A stretch of 47,314 bases of DNA from assembly GCA_039638295.1 (NCBI GenBank), contig JBDIWJ010000009.1, forward strand, positions 1-47,314. The letters run 5' to 3'. Every line of letters begins with the position of its first letter. The first letter of the stretch is position 1. The notes below the pieces were generated by a model. The model had not been told where the DNA came from. It worked only from the letters and a program-made list of their open reading frames with translations, and ran no database searches. This DNA comes from Candidatus Phoenicimicrobium oleiphilum (GTDB lineage: Bacteria; Atribacterota; Phoenicimicrobiia; Phoenicimicrobiales; Phoenicimicrobiaceae). Shown here in pieces: positions 1 through 9,475 of the stretch. Made by a program: the position numbers and the translations under genes.

Positions 1-1
1 A

Positions 2-100
2 CCTTCTTATTATCTCCAATTGATTAAGAAGATTCCCTTTGAGCTAACCCAAGCAAGTGATAAAAAGGTGGTAGACTTTTATTTGTCATATAACCGTTAA
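2..100 (+). CDS. 3' end of an upstream gene truncated by the window edge (unknown product)
   Basis: Frame 2 is open from base 2 to TAA at 98-100 (PSYYLQLIKKIPFELTQASDKKVVDFYLSYNR*); same strand as all other genes. Confidence 0.45.
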   Translation, partial: PSYYLQLIKKIPFELTQASDKKVVDFYLSYNR

Positions 101-212
101 AGAATTAAAATCAAATTGGTTAACTGTATCAATTAACTCTCACCTTGCAACTTTTTTCTATACGCTATACAATACTCTTTACGAGATACAATTCACGAGA
201 TACAAATTATTC

Positions 213-241
213 TTGCTTAAATAAAGAAAAAATATTATAAT
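213..241 (+). promoter_or_regulatory. sigma70-type promoter for the tup/moa operon
   Basis: TTGCTT-N17-TATAAT just upstream of the riboswitch. Confidence 0.6.
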
Positions 242-284
242 AATTGAAAATATTTATTACTTATCGTTCTTTTATAAAAAAAAT

Positions 285-382
285 ATTCTCCGAGCTATTA
301 CACCTAAAGTAAAAATGATGGTGGATTAGCCGATAGGGAATGAGAGGAAACTCTTATTCCTCCCGTGTTTGGAAAGGAGGAT
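285..382 (+). ncRNA. Moco RNA motif riboswitch, P3-less (Tuco, tungsten-cofactor type)
   Basis: CTCCGAGC...ACCTAA...GGT...GCCGAT-AGGG..GAG-GAAA-CTC..CCTCCCG-TGTTT-GGAAAGGAG; P1, P2, P4, P5 present, P3 absent; lies upstream of tupA. Confidence 0.88.
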
Positions 383-405
383 TGATATTATGAGTTAAAC
401 TTATT

Positions 406-436
406 AACCAACACCAAACACAGTGTTGGTTTTTTT
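406..436 (+). terminator. Intrinsic terminator forming the riboswitch expression platform
   Basis: AACCAACAC/GTGTTGGTT stem followed by a T-run, between aptamer and tupA RBS. Confidence 0.75.
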
Positions 437-482
437 GTTTGAATGGTTTTAAATTTAATTAAAAGAAAGGAAAGAAAAATCA

Positions 483-1301
483 ATGAAAAGAAATATTATT
501 TTTAAGGCAGTATTTTTATTTGCCATTAGTATGATATTAATTAATTCAGTTTATGCCAGCCCTATTCACCTAAAATTAGCCACTACTACCAGTACAGAAA
601 ATTCAGGGTTGCTGGGAGTTTTGTTGCCTCCTTTTGAAGAAAAATATAATATTAAGGTTGATGTTATTGCGGTTGGTACAGGCAAAGCTATTAAATTAGG
701 AGAAAATGGAGATGTAGATGTTATATTAGTTCATGCTCGAGAAGCAGAAGATAAGTTTATTGAAGAGGGTTTTGGAGTAAATCGTAGAGATGTTATGTAT
801 AATGATTTTATTATCCTTGGACCATCTGATGACCCTGCGAAGATTAAGGATGAAAGCAATATAGTTTTAGTTTTAAAAAAGATTGCTAATTGTGGTGCTT
901 ATTTTGTTTCTCGGGGTGATGATTCTGGGACTCACAAAAAAGAAAAGAGTTTATGGCAAAAGGCAGGAATTGCTCCAGAAGGGGAATGGTATATGGAAAT
1001 TGGGCAAGGGATGGGGGTGACTTTACAGATTGCTGATGAAAGACAAGCTTATGTCCTTTGTGATAGAGGTACATTTTTAGCCTACAAGGGTAAGATAGAT
1101 TTAATTATTCTCTCCGAAGGAGATCCTCTACTCTTTAATCCCTATGGCATAATGGCAGTTAATCCCGCTCGTTATAACCAGGTTAAATATATGGAAGCAA
1201 TGCAATTAATTGCCTGGGTAACTTCAGTGGAAGGTCAGAAAATAATTGGAGAATATAAGAAAGAAGGAGAAATTCTTTTTTATCCAATGGCAATTGAATA
1301 G
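483..1301 (+). CDS. tupA: Tungstate ABC transporter substrate-binding protein
   Basis: Signal peptide; LATTTSTENSGLL (TTTS tungstate signature), GTGKA, SRGDDSGTH. Confidence 0.93.
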   Translation: MKRNIIFKAVFLFAISMILINSVYASPIHLKLATTTSTENSGLLGVLLPPFEEKYNIKVDVIAVGTGKAIKLGENGDVDVILVHAREAEDKFIEEGFGVNRRDVMYNDFIILGPSDDPAKIKDESNIVLVLKKIANCGAYFVSRGDDSGTHKKEKSLWQKAGIAPEGEWYMEIGQGMGVTLQIADERQAYVLCDRGTFLAYKGKIDLIILSEGDPLLFNPYGIMAVNPARYNQVKYMEAMQLIAWVTSVEGQKIIGEYKKEGEILFYPMAIE

Positions 1302-1532
1302 TCATTAGCATAGAATTAGCGTATAGGGGGTAGCGTTTAGCGTATAGAAAAACAGTAACATGTCCTTCGGCCTGATCGGGGAGCAGGAATCTAGGGCAGT
1401 TCTATCTACATATATAAATTAAATTAACTAGCAAACTGGTTAACTGGATAACTAATACATACGAGATACTGGTTTTTGACGCTATACTCTATACGCAATA
1501 CCCGATACGAATTTATTTATTGAGGTGCTATT

Positions 1533-2225
1533 TTGGATTTTATTATCGAAGGAGTACGAAAAGCCTTTCAATTGATTTTTTCTTTAGATAGAGAAATATT
1601 TAATATAGTCTTACTTTCACTAAGAATCTCTTTAACTGCTATAATACTGGCTTCGTTTCTAGGTATACCCCTGGGATTTTTAATAGGGGTAAAGGATTAT
1701 TGGGGGAAGAAATTTACTATAGCTTTAGTGAATACTCTGTTAGCCCTACCTACAGTAGTGGTAGGATTAATAGTTTATTCTGTAATTTCTCGCAGAGGGC
1801 CATTAGGAGTCTTTGGTTTACTGTACACTCCTTCTGCTATGATTATCGGTCAATTTATTTTAGCTACCCCTATTATTATTGCTCTTACTCATTCAGCAAT
1901 ACAGGGAATCGATAGAAGAGCGAGAAGTACTGCTTTGACTCTGGGAGCAACAGAAATTCAATCTGCCTGGACAGTGATTAAAGAAGCTCGCTATGCGGTG
2001 ATAGCTGCAGTAATTACTGGATTTGGAAGAATAATTGCTGAAGTAGGAGCTGCTATGATGTTGGGAGGGAATATTAGAGGGACTACTCGAGTTATGACCA
2101 CAGCCATTGCCCTCGAGACTTCCAAAGGAGAGTTTGGTTTTGGTATTGCTCTGGGAATTATTTTATTATTTATTGCTTTTAGCATAAATATTTTACTACA
2201 TTATTTTCAAAGTAAGAAAGTTTAA
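1533..2225 (+). CDS. tupB: Tungstate ABC transporter permease
   Basis: Hydrophobic; LPTVVVGL, FGRIIAEVGAAMMLGGNIRGTTRVMTTAI; TTG start with GAGGTG RBS. Confidence 0.92.
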   Translation: MDFIIEGVRKAFQLIFSLDREIFNIVLLSLRISLTAIILASFLGIPLGFLIGVKDYWGKKFTIALVNTLLALPTVVVGLIVYSVISRRGPLGVFGLLYTPSAMIIGQFILATPIIIALTHSAIQGIDRRARSTALTLGATEIQSAWTVIKEARYAVIAAVITGFGRIIAEVGAAMMLGGNIRGTTRVMTTAIALETSKGEFGFGIALGIILLFIAFSINILLHYFQSKKV

Positions 2226-2234
2226 ATATAAAAT

Positions 2235-3251
2235 ATGAATAAAACAATACTTAAAATTAGAAATATAAAAAAGATCTATAATAATAAAACAGTATTAGAT
2301 GTTGATTGTTTAGATTTTCAAGAGGGTAAAATTTATGCCATTGTAGGCCCAAATGGGTCAGGCAAAACTACTTTGCTTAATATTTTAAATTTATTAGAGA
2401 ATCCAGATGAAGGTCAGACATTTTTTTATGGTCAAGAAATTAATTATAAGTCAAATTATCATATTTTAGGAATTCGACGACAGATGACTTTGGTAAATCA
2501 GAATCCTTTCTTATTTCATTCCACAGTCTATGATAATATTGCTTATGGATTAAAAATAAGAGGAATACCGTCTAAAATTCAGCAAAATAGAGTCAGAAAT
2601 GCTTTAAGTATGGTAGGACTCTCTGGTTTTGAAAAGAGAAAAGTTAATCAATTATCAGGGGGAGAAGCTCAGCGAGTAGTAATTGCCAGGGCTTTGGTGA
2701 TAGAACCAAAAATTCTTTTTTTAGATGAACCTACTGCAAATATAGACCAAAGACATATAGATGTAGTAGAAAGAATTATTAAAAAAGTAAATAAGGAGAC
2801 TAAAACAACTATAATATTTACTACTCATGACCTTTCCCAGGCCTATCGTTTAGCTGATGAGGTAGTATCTTTTTTAGAAGGCAAAATAATTAAAGAAGTT
2901 CCAGAAAATATTCTTCGGGGAGAAATAATAGAAAAAGATGGTTTAAAATGGTTTAAAGTTGCAAAAGATATAAAGATAGCTATAGTGACTGAAAAAGTTG
3001 GAATGGCATATATTTATATCGACCCCAAAGATATAATCTTGTCTTATCAGCGGTTTCAATCAAGTGCCAGAAATTCATTTTCGGGGAGAATAATAAAGAT
3101 TGCCGAGAAAAATCATTTAATAAAATTGGAAGTAGATGTAGGTGTCAACTTAGTAACCATTATTACCCGAGAATCATTTCAAGATATGAATCTCAATTTA
3201 GGAAGCAAAGTTTACTTAACTTTTAAAGCTTCAGCAGTAAAACTTTATTAA
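2235..3251 (+). CDS. tupC: Tungstate ABC transporter ATPase with C-terminal TOBE domain
   Basis: GPNGSGKTT, LSGGEAQR, LDEPT; C-terminal SSARN...FKASAV TOBE. Confidence 0.88.
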   Translation: MNKTILKIRNIKKIYNNKTVLDVDCLDFQEGKIYAIVGPNGSGKTTLLNILNLLENPDEGQTFFYGQEINYKSNYHILGIRRQMTLVNQNPFLFHSTVYDNIAYGLKIRGIPSKIQQNRVRNALSMVGLSGFEKRKVNQLSGGEAQRVVIARALVIEPKILFLDEPTANIDQRHIDVVERIIKKVNKETKTTIIFTTHDLSQAYRLADEVVSFLEGKIIKEVPENILRGEIIEKDGLKWFKVAKDIKIAIVTEKVGMAYIYIDPKDIILSYQRFQSSARNSFSGRIIKIAEKNHLIKLEVDVGVNLVTIITRESFQDMNLNLGSKVYLTFKASAVKLY

Positions 3252-3267
3252 TTTTAAGAAAATATAA

Positions 3268-3377
3268 TGATTGAAATCCAAAAAAGTAGACAAAATGGTA
3301 AGGTAAGGGCATGATGCATCGTGTCTACAGGAGAAATTAGGCAATAATATGGCGAGGGCACAATTCATTGTGCAAAC
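3268..3377 (-). repeat. Degenerate GTAG-type REP doublet (REPIN), inverted paralog of 38927-39035
   Basis: Reverse complement GCACAATGAATTGTGCCCTCGCCATATTATT...ACACGATGCATCATGCCCTTAC aligns with the 38927 copy including its flank. Confidence 0.75.
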
Positions 3378-3378
3378 A

Positions 3379-3417
3379 TAGGGGTTTCAGAGGGAGTTTG
3401 CTCTCCTGATAATCTTG
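3379..3417 (+). repeat. Right half of the CAAGATTGTCAGG inverted-repeat element
   Basis: GGGGTTTCAGAGGGAGTTTGCTCTCCTGATAATCTTG matches the 3' halves of the four full copies. Confidence 0.7.
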
Positions 3418-3464
3418 GAAAATAACATGTTTAAACAATTAATAATAGGAGATGAATAGCTAAT

Positions 3465-4721
3465 ATGGCAAAACCTTTATTTAAAGTTAGTACCCCCCAA
3501 GAAGTAATTAGAGAATTAAAGAATCATTTAAATTTAAAGGAGATTATAAAGAACAATATAGAAATAATTGATATTAAAGATTCCCTGGATAGAGTCTTGG
3601 CTGAAGAAATTATCCCTCCTTGTAATCTACCAGGTTTTACTCGTTCAACAATGGATGGTTATGCTCTTAGGGCGGAGGATTCTTTTGGAGCGACTGAGAG
3701 TCTCCCTTCATATTTGAGACTTATAGGAGAAATAAAAATGGGCAAAAGACCCGAACTTAAGATCAATCGTGGAGAAGCAGTAAAAATTTCTACTGGTGGA
3801 ATGTTACCAGAAGGTGCGAATGCAGTAATAATGTGGGAATACACTTCTAAGATTGATGATACCACTATTGAGTTACGGAAGCCAGTTGCGCCAGGAGAGA
3901 ATATATTACGAGAAGATGAGGATCTAAAGGCGGGAGAGGTCTTATTAAAAGAAGGTCATAAATTACGGCCCCAAGATATAGGAGTATTGGCTGGGATAGG
4001 GAAGGTAAAAGTAAAGGTTTTTAAGAAACCTCGAGTAGCGATTATTTCAACGGGTAATGAAGTTATTCCTCCTCAGGATGAGCCACAAATAGGAGAAGTA
4101 AGAGATATAAATTCTTATACTCTTGGTGCTTGTGTAAAAAAGGCAAATGGGATTCCTATATACAGCGGAATTGTTAAAGATGAAGCCAATTTTCTCGAAC
4201 AAGAGATAAGAAAATCTATAGAAAAAGATAAAGTAGAGGTAGTAATCATATCTGGAGGGAGTTCGATGGGGACTAGAGATATCACTCTTGAGGTCCTTAG
4301 TAAATTAGGAAAGCCAGGAGTGTTGGTTCATGGTGTATCTGTAAAACCAGGGAAACCTACTATAGTTGCCATAGTGGATAATAAACCCATATTTGGCTTA
4401 CCAGGTCATCCAGTTTCAGCTATGATTATATTTAGTCTCTTTGTCCAACCATTGATAAGTTGGTTACAAGGAGGAGATTATAATGATGATTTTCACCAAA
4501 AAATTGAGGCTGAACTTATTTGTAATGTAGTATCAGATCCTGGACGGGAGGACTATATTAGAGTCGTTTTGTGGAAAGAGAATGGTAAATTTTATGCTAA
4601 GCCGATTTTAGGAAAATCAGGATTAATCTCTACAATGGTTCACGCTTCAGGTTTAGTAAAAATTGGATTAAACATAGAAGGACTAAAAAAAGGTAACAAA
4701 GTAATGGTCAAATTATTTTAA
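3465..4721 (+). CDS. moeA: Molybdopterin molybdo/tungstotransferase MoeA
   Basis: RSTMDGYA, ISTGGMLPEGANAV, ISTGNE, SGGSSMG, KPGKP, GLPGHPVS. Confidence 0.93.
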   Translation: MAKPLFKVSTPQEVIRELKNHLNLKEIIKNNIEIIDIKDSLDRVLAEEIIPPCNLPGFTRSTMDGYALRAEDSFGATESLPSYLRLIGEIKMGKRPELKINRGEAVKISTGGMLPEGANAVIMWEYTSKIDDTTIELRKPVAPGENILREDEDLKAGEVLLKEGHKLRPQDIGVLAGIGKVKVKVFKKPRVAIISTGNEVIPPQDEPQIGEVRDINSYTLGACVKKANGIPIYSGIVKDEANFLEQEIRKSIEKDKVEVVIISGGSSMGTRDITLEVLSKLGKPGVLVHGVSVKPGKPTIVAIVDNKPIFGLPGHPVSAMIIFSLFVQPLISWLQGGDYNDDFHQKIEAELICNVVSDPGREDYIRVVLWKENGKFYAKPILGKSGLISTMVHASGLVKIGLNIEGLKKGNKVMVKLF

Positions 4722-4957
4722 TATATCGAGCCAAAAGCTTAAATTAAAAAGCGAAAAATCCTATTCGTATCTCGTATCTCTTATGTATTAGTTATCTGGT
4801 TACCCGGTTTGCCAGTTAAGGATTAGTTAACCAGTCATCAGTAAGAAGGGTGTATAGCAATACGCCTCTACTTACTGAAAACTGTAAACTAAAACTTGTT
4901 TTAATACTAGCGACTAACAACTATTCACTAAAGACTAAATAAGGGGGAGAAACTGAT

Positions 4958-6949
4958 TTGAAGAGAAATATTTATTTGAGTAAATTGACCTTAGAAAAGG
5001 CACAAGAAAAATTTAATAGAGCTTTAACAGATCTCGGAATTAATCAACCTTCAAAAGGAGAGAAGGTTTCAACCGAAAACTCTCTTAAACGAGTTACAGC
5101 TGAACCAATTTTTGCTAAAATATCTTCTCCACATTATCAAGCCGCTGCTATGGATGGGATAGTGGTTAGAGCGAGAGATACTTATGGTGCCTCTGAATCT
5201 TCTCCTCTTAGATTAAGAATTAATAAAGACTTTTATTTTATAAATACTGGTAATCCTATACCTTTTGGATTTGACGCAGTGATAAAAATCGAAGATATTA
5301 ATCCAGTAAGCAAGGAAACAAATCATAGAGAATTAAACAAAGAAAATATTAATGAATTGATCAAGAACGAAGAAGATGAAGGTATTGAAGAAATTATAAT
5401 ATTTTCTCCAGTTCCTCCTGGGCAGCATATACGTAATATTGGAGAAGATATAGTAGCCAATCAGTTACTCATTCCTATTAATCATTTAATTCGTCCCATA
5501 GATATTGGATCCTTATTGAGTGGAGGGATAGGGCACCTTTTAGTGCGCCAAAAACCCAAAGTAGCAATTATCCCTACAGGAGATGAATTGATTCAATTAG
5601 GAGAGAAAATCACTCCTGGAAAAATTATCGAATATAATTCTAAAATGATTGAAGGTTTAATCTCTGAATGGGGAGGAGAAGCTAAGGTTTGTGAAATTGT
5701 TAAAGATATTCCTGGTGATTTAAAGAAGGTTTTGCTTGAGGCTACTATTGAAAATGACATTATCGTGGTTATCGCTGGTTCCTCCGCCGGTTCAAAAGAT
5801 TTCACTACCGAAATTGTTAAAGATATAGGGGAAGTATTAGTACACGGAGTGGCCATTATGCCTGGGAAGCCAACCATATTAGGAATTGTTAATAAAACCC
5901 CTTTAATTGGTCTCCCCGGTTATCCTGTTTCTGCAATCATATCTGCTGAGCAGTTTTTAAGACCTTTAATATTTAAAAGATTAAATCTACCTGTACCAAA
6001 ACGGCAAAAGGTTAAAGCTCGAATGGCTCACCAAGTAGTTTCTCGATTGGGAGATGAGGAGTTTTTAAGAGTGAGATTAGGGAATATTGCCGGAAAAATA
6101 ATGGCTTATCCTTTACCCCGAGGTTCAGGGGTAATAACTTCCTTAGTGGAAGCAGATGGCATAATTTGTATTCCTTCACTAAAAGAAGGTTTAGCTCTCG
6201 AAGAAGAAGTATATACTGAACTTTATAAGGATATGGATACCATAATGAATAATATTATTGTAACGGGTAGTAATGATCTTATTTTAGATATTTTAAGAAA
6301 TGAGTTGCAGGATAATTTTCCTAATTATCGGTTAGTTTCATTTAATGTAGGTAGTATGGGAGGATTAATCGCTTTAAAACAGAATCGAACTCATCTTGCT
6401 ACTGCTCATCTCTTGGATCCTGAAAGCGGAGAATATAATTTTCCTTATTTAAAGAGAATACTTCCCCAGAAAGAATTAATGGTAGTGAATTTAGCTTATC
6501 GGGAGCAAGGGATGATGGTAAAAAAGGGGAATCCAAAAAATATAAAAGAATTGCTTGATTTAACCAGAGAAGATGTCAAATTTATAAACAGACAGAAGGG
6601 GTCGGGAACCAGGATATTATTAGATTATTTATTAAAAAATAAAGGTATTAATCCTTTAGATATTCAAGGTTATTTCCAGGAAGAGTATACCCATTTGATG
6701 ATAGCTTCTGCGGTGGCGGAGGGTAATGTGGATGTAGGAATGGGAATTTTGTCGGCAGCTAAGACCTTTGGTTTAGATTTTATACCAATAGCTAAAGAGA
6801 GATATGATATAATTATACCCAAAGAGTATTATTCTTCTTTAAAAATTCAAAGGTTATTAAATATTATTAGATCAGATAAATTTAAGAAAAAAGCTTTGAG
6901 TCTGGGTGGATATGACCTTTCTCAGGGTGGAAAGGTGATAAATGAATGA
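4958..6949 (+). CDS. moeA: MoeA fused to a C-terminal periplasmic-binding-protein-like (PBP) domain
   Basis: AAAMDG, PTGDEL, AGSSAG, PGKP, GLPGYPVS; then GSND..VGSMGGL..NRQKGSGTR PBP_like domain. Confidence 0.9.
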   Translation: MKRNIYLSKLTLEKAQEKFNRALTDLGINQPSKGEKVSTENSLKRVTAEPIFAKISSPHYQAAAMDGIVVRARDTYGASESSPLRLRINKDFYFINTGNPIPFGFDAVIKIEDINPVSKETNHRELNKENINELIKNEEDEGIEEIIIFSPVPPGQHIRNIGEDIVANQLLIPINHLIRPIDIGSLLSGGIGHLLVRQKPKVAIIPTGDELIQLGEKITPGKIIEYNSKMIEGLISEWGGEAKVCEIVKDIPGDLKKVLLEATIENDIIVVIAGSSAGSKDFTTEIVKDIGEVLVHGVAIMPGKPTILGIVNKTPLIGLPGYPVSAIISAEQFLRPLIFKRLNLPVPKRQKVKARMAHQVVSRLGDEEFLRVRLGNIAGKIMAYPLPRGSGVITSLVEADGIICIPSLKEGLALEEEVYTELYKDMDTIMNNIIVTGSNDLILDILRNELQDNFPNYRLVSFNVGSMGGLIALKQNRTHLATAHLLDPESGEYNFPYLKRILPQKELMVVNLAYREQGMMVKKGNPKNIKELLDLTREDVKFINRQKGSGTRILLDYLLKNKGINPLDIQGYFQEEYTHLMIASAVAEGNVDVGMGILSAAKTFGLDFIPIAKERYDIIIPKEYYSSLKIQRLLNIIRSDKFKKKALSLGGYDLSQGGKVINE

Positions 6950-7962
6950 ATCAATTGGTGGATAGTTTCGGGCGAAAAATTACCTATTTAAGGGTTTCTA
7001 TTACTGACCGTTGTAATTATAGATGTATTTATTGCCAACCTGAAGAACAATTTAAATTTATTCCTCATGAAGAAATTTTAAGGTATGAAGAAATTATAGA
7101 AATTATTCAAGAGGCAGTAGACTTAGGTATCACTAAAGTTAGAATTACGGGTGGTGAACCTTTAGTAAGAAAAGGGGTCGAAAATTTTATAAAGGAATTA
7201 AAAAAAATTGAAAAATTAGAAGATATATCTTTAACTACTAATGGATTTTTTTTAGCCGAGTATGCTAAAAAATTGAAAATGGCGGGGTTAAACAGAGTAA
7301 ATGTTAGCCTGGATTCCCTCCAGAAAAATAAATACCGAAAAATTACTCGGGGAGGAAATTTAGAGAGAGTATTAAAAGGGATTGATTACGCCTTTAAGGA
7401 AGGATTACTTCCCATTAAGATTAATACTGTACTGATGAAAGGAATTAATGATGATGAAATAGAAGATTTTACAAGATTCACCCTGGAAAGACCAATAAAT
7501 ATTCGATTTATAGAATTAATGCCTTCCGAAGAAAACCTTATAGATAATTATAAAGATAAATTTATCTCAGTATTAGAGGTTAAGGAGAACTTAGCAAAGA
7601 AATATTCATTTAATCCTATTGATATTGGTTCAAGCAATGGACCAGCAAAATATTACCAAATTGAAGGCGGGAAAGGTACCATAGGTTTTATTACCGCTCT
7701 AAGCCAACATTTTTGCCAATCTTGTAATCGGATTAGGTTGACTTCTGAGGGGAAGATCAGACCCTGTCTTTTTTCTAATCAGGAAGTTGATCTTAAAAAA
7801 ACTATAAGAGAGTTGAAGGACATAAAAAATAATCAGATTTTGAAAAGTAAAATAATAAAGGAAAAAATAGAAATGGCAGTAAAAATAAAACCAAAAGGTC
7901 ACGAAATTAAAGAGGGAAGTTTAAATAATATGACTTTTAAAATGTCACGAATTGGGGGTTAG
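6946..7962 (+). CDS. moaA: GTP 3',8-cyclase (radical SAM)
   Basis: [16 protein letters not shown], CxxC..RIRLT..C, C-terminal MSRIGG. Confidence 0.96.
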   Translation: MNQLVDSFGRKITYLRVSITDRCNYRCIYCQPEEQFKFIPHEEILRYEEIIEIIQEAVDLGITKVRITGGEPLVRKGVENFIKELKKIEKLEDISLTTNGFFLAEYAKKLKMAGLNRVNVSLDSLQKNKYRKITRGGNLERVLKGIDYAFKEGLLPIKINTVLMKGINDDEIEDFTRFTLERPINIRFIELMPSEENLIDNYKDKFISVLEVKENLAKKYSFNPIDIGSSNGPAKYYQIEGGKGTIGFITALSQHFCQSCNRIRLTSEGKIRPCLFSNQEVDLKKTIRELKDIKNNQILKSKIIKEKIEMAVKIKPKGHEIKEGSLNNMTFKMSRIGG

Positions 7963-7966
7963 TAAA

Positions 7967-8452
7967 GTGCAGGCAAAAGAATTAAGTCACTTTAATAATG
8001 AAGGAAGAGCTCGTATGGTAGATGTGGGAGATAAAGAGGATACCAGGAGGATGGCAATTGCTCAAGGTGAAATAATTATGCAAGCGGAAACCTTAAAGTT
8101 GATTAAGGGAAGGAAAATTGCTAAAGGAGATGTATTGGCGGTAGCTCAAATAGCTGGTATTATGGCAGCTAAACAGACTAGTCAGATTATTCCTATGTGT
8201 CACCCTTTAATGCTTACCAGTGTGGACCTTAATTTTGAGATTAAAGAAAAAGCTCGCAAAATTGTTATAAAATCAAAAGTCGAGACCATAGGTAAAACAG
8301 GTGTAGAAATGGAGGCTTTGACTGCGGTTGCAGTAGCTGGGCTTACTATATATGATATGTGTAAAGCAGTAGATAGGGGTATTACTATAAAAAATATTTA
8401 TCTGATAGAGAAGACCGGAGGAAAAAGCGGGCATTATCAGCGAATTGAATAA
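7967..8452 (+). CDS. moaC: Cyclic pyranopterin monophosphate synthase
   Basis: LSHF...[33 protein letters not shown] at 7967 preferred to TTG at 7952. Confidence 0.95.
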   Translation: MQAKELSHFNNEGRARMVDVGDKEDTRRMAIAQGEIIMQAETLKLIKGRKIAKGDVLAVAQIAGIMAAKQTSQIIPMCHPLMLTSVDLNFEIKEKARKIVIKSKVETIGKTGVEMEALTAVAVAGLTIYDMCKAVDRGITIKNIYLIEKTGGKSGHYQRIE

Positions 8453-8510
8453 GCAAGATTAAGTGAACAACAATTAAAAGTGAACCAAAAAGATAGGGGA
8501 TGGAATATAA

Positions 8511-8972
8511 ATGAAAATGAATAAAAAAGTAAAAGGAAAAATTTTAGCAGTATGCCGAAGTGAGGAAAAGGGGACAGTAAAAAGAGAAATAGGAGAAGGT
8601 TTACTTATCGAGGATTTCGGTTTAAAAGGCGATGCTCATGCAGGTAAATGGCATCGGCAAATTAGCTTATTGGGAGTAGATAGTATTAACAAGATGCGAG
8701 GCAAGGGATTTATAATACAATATGGAGATTTCGCTGAAAATTTAACCGTGGAAGGCGTCGTTCTGCACCAGCTACCATTAGGGACAAAGTTGAAAATTGG
8801 AGACAATATTTTATTAGAAGTTACCCAAATAGGGAAAGAATGTCACCAGGGTTGTGAAATTAGAAAAAAAATTGGAGATTGTGTAATGCCCCGAGAAGGC
8901 ATTTTTGCTCGAGTTTTAAAAGGAGGCAAGGTAAAAGCAGGGGATAGTATCGAGGTGTTATTAAATGATTAA
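8511..8972 (+). CDS. MOSC domain protein
   Basis: GLKGDAHAG, HRQISLL, GDFAENL, TQIGKECH..C..GDCVMPREG. Confidence 0.88.
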   Translation: MKMNKKVKGKILAVCRSEEKGTVKREIGEGLLIEDFGLKGDAHAGKWHRQISLLGVDSINKMRGKGFIIQYGDFAENLTVEGVVLHQLPLGTKLKIGDNILLEVTQIGKECHQGCEIRKKIGDCVMPREGIFARVLKGGKVKAGDSIEVLLND

Positions 8973-9468
8973 GGTAGGAATCTTAACTGTAAGTGATAAG
9001 GGGGCACGAAGAGAGAGAGAAGATCAGAGTGGAAAAGTAATTAATGAAATAGTTAAAAAAATCAAGGGAGAAACTAAATATTATCGGATTATCCCTGACG
9101 AAAAAGATATTATTCAAGATGAGTTGATAAAAGCTGTTGATGAATTGCATCTGGATTTAATTTTAACTACCGGAGGGACAGGTTTGGGAGAAAGAGATGT
9201 TACTCCAGAGGCTACTTTATCAGTTATAGAAAAAGAGGTTCCAGGGATTAGTGAAATTATTAGAAGTGAAAGTTTTAAAAAGACCAGCCGGGCGATACTG
9301 TCTCGTGCAGTAGCAGGAGTGAGAAAAAAATGTTTAATTATAAATTTACCTGGCAGCCCTAAAGGGGTAAGAGAATCATTGGAGATAATTTTAGATACTA
9401 TCCCTCATGGTATAGAAATTCTTAAAGGTAAGGCTACTGAATGTGCAGGGCAAGAGAAGGGAAATTAG
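8965..9468 (+). CDS. mog: Molybdopterin adenylyltransferase (MogA/MoaB)
   Basis: LTVSD, TTGGTG..RDVTPEAT, LSRAVAG, NLPGSPK. Confidence 0.9.
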   Translation: MIKVGILTVSDKGARREREDQSGKVINEIVKKIKGETKYYRIIPDEKDIIQDELIKAVDELHLDLILTTGGTGLGERDVTPEATLSVIEKEVPGISEIIRSESFKKTSRAILSRAVAGVRKKCLIINLPGSPKGVRESLEIILDTIPHGIEILKGKATECAGQEKGN

Positions 9469-9475
9469 GTGATAG

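Noticed and set aside
1..90. Minus-strand fragment faintly like a four-helix-bundle protein (NQLEIIRR)
   Set aside because: Needs a frameshift and passes a stop; the + strand open frame is a simpler explanation
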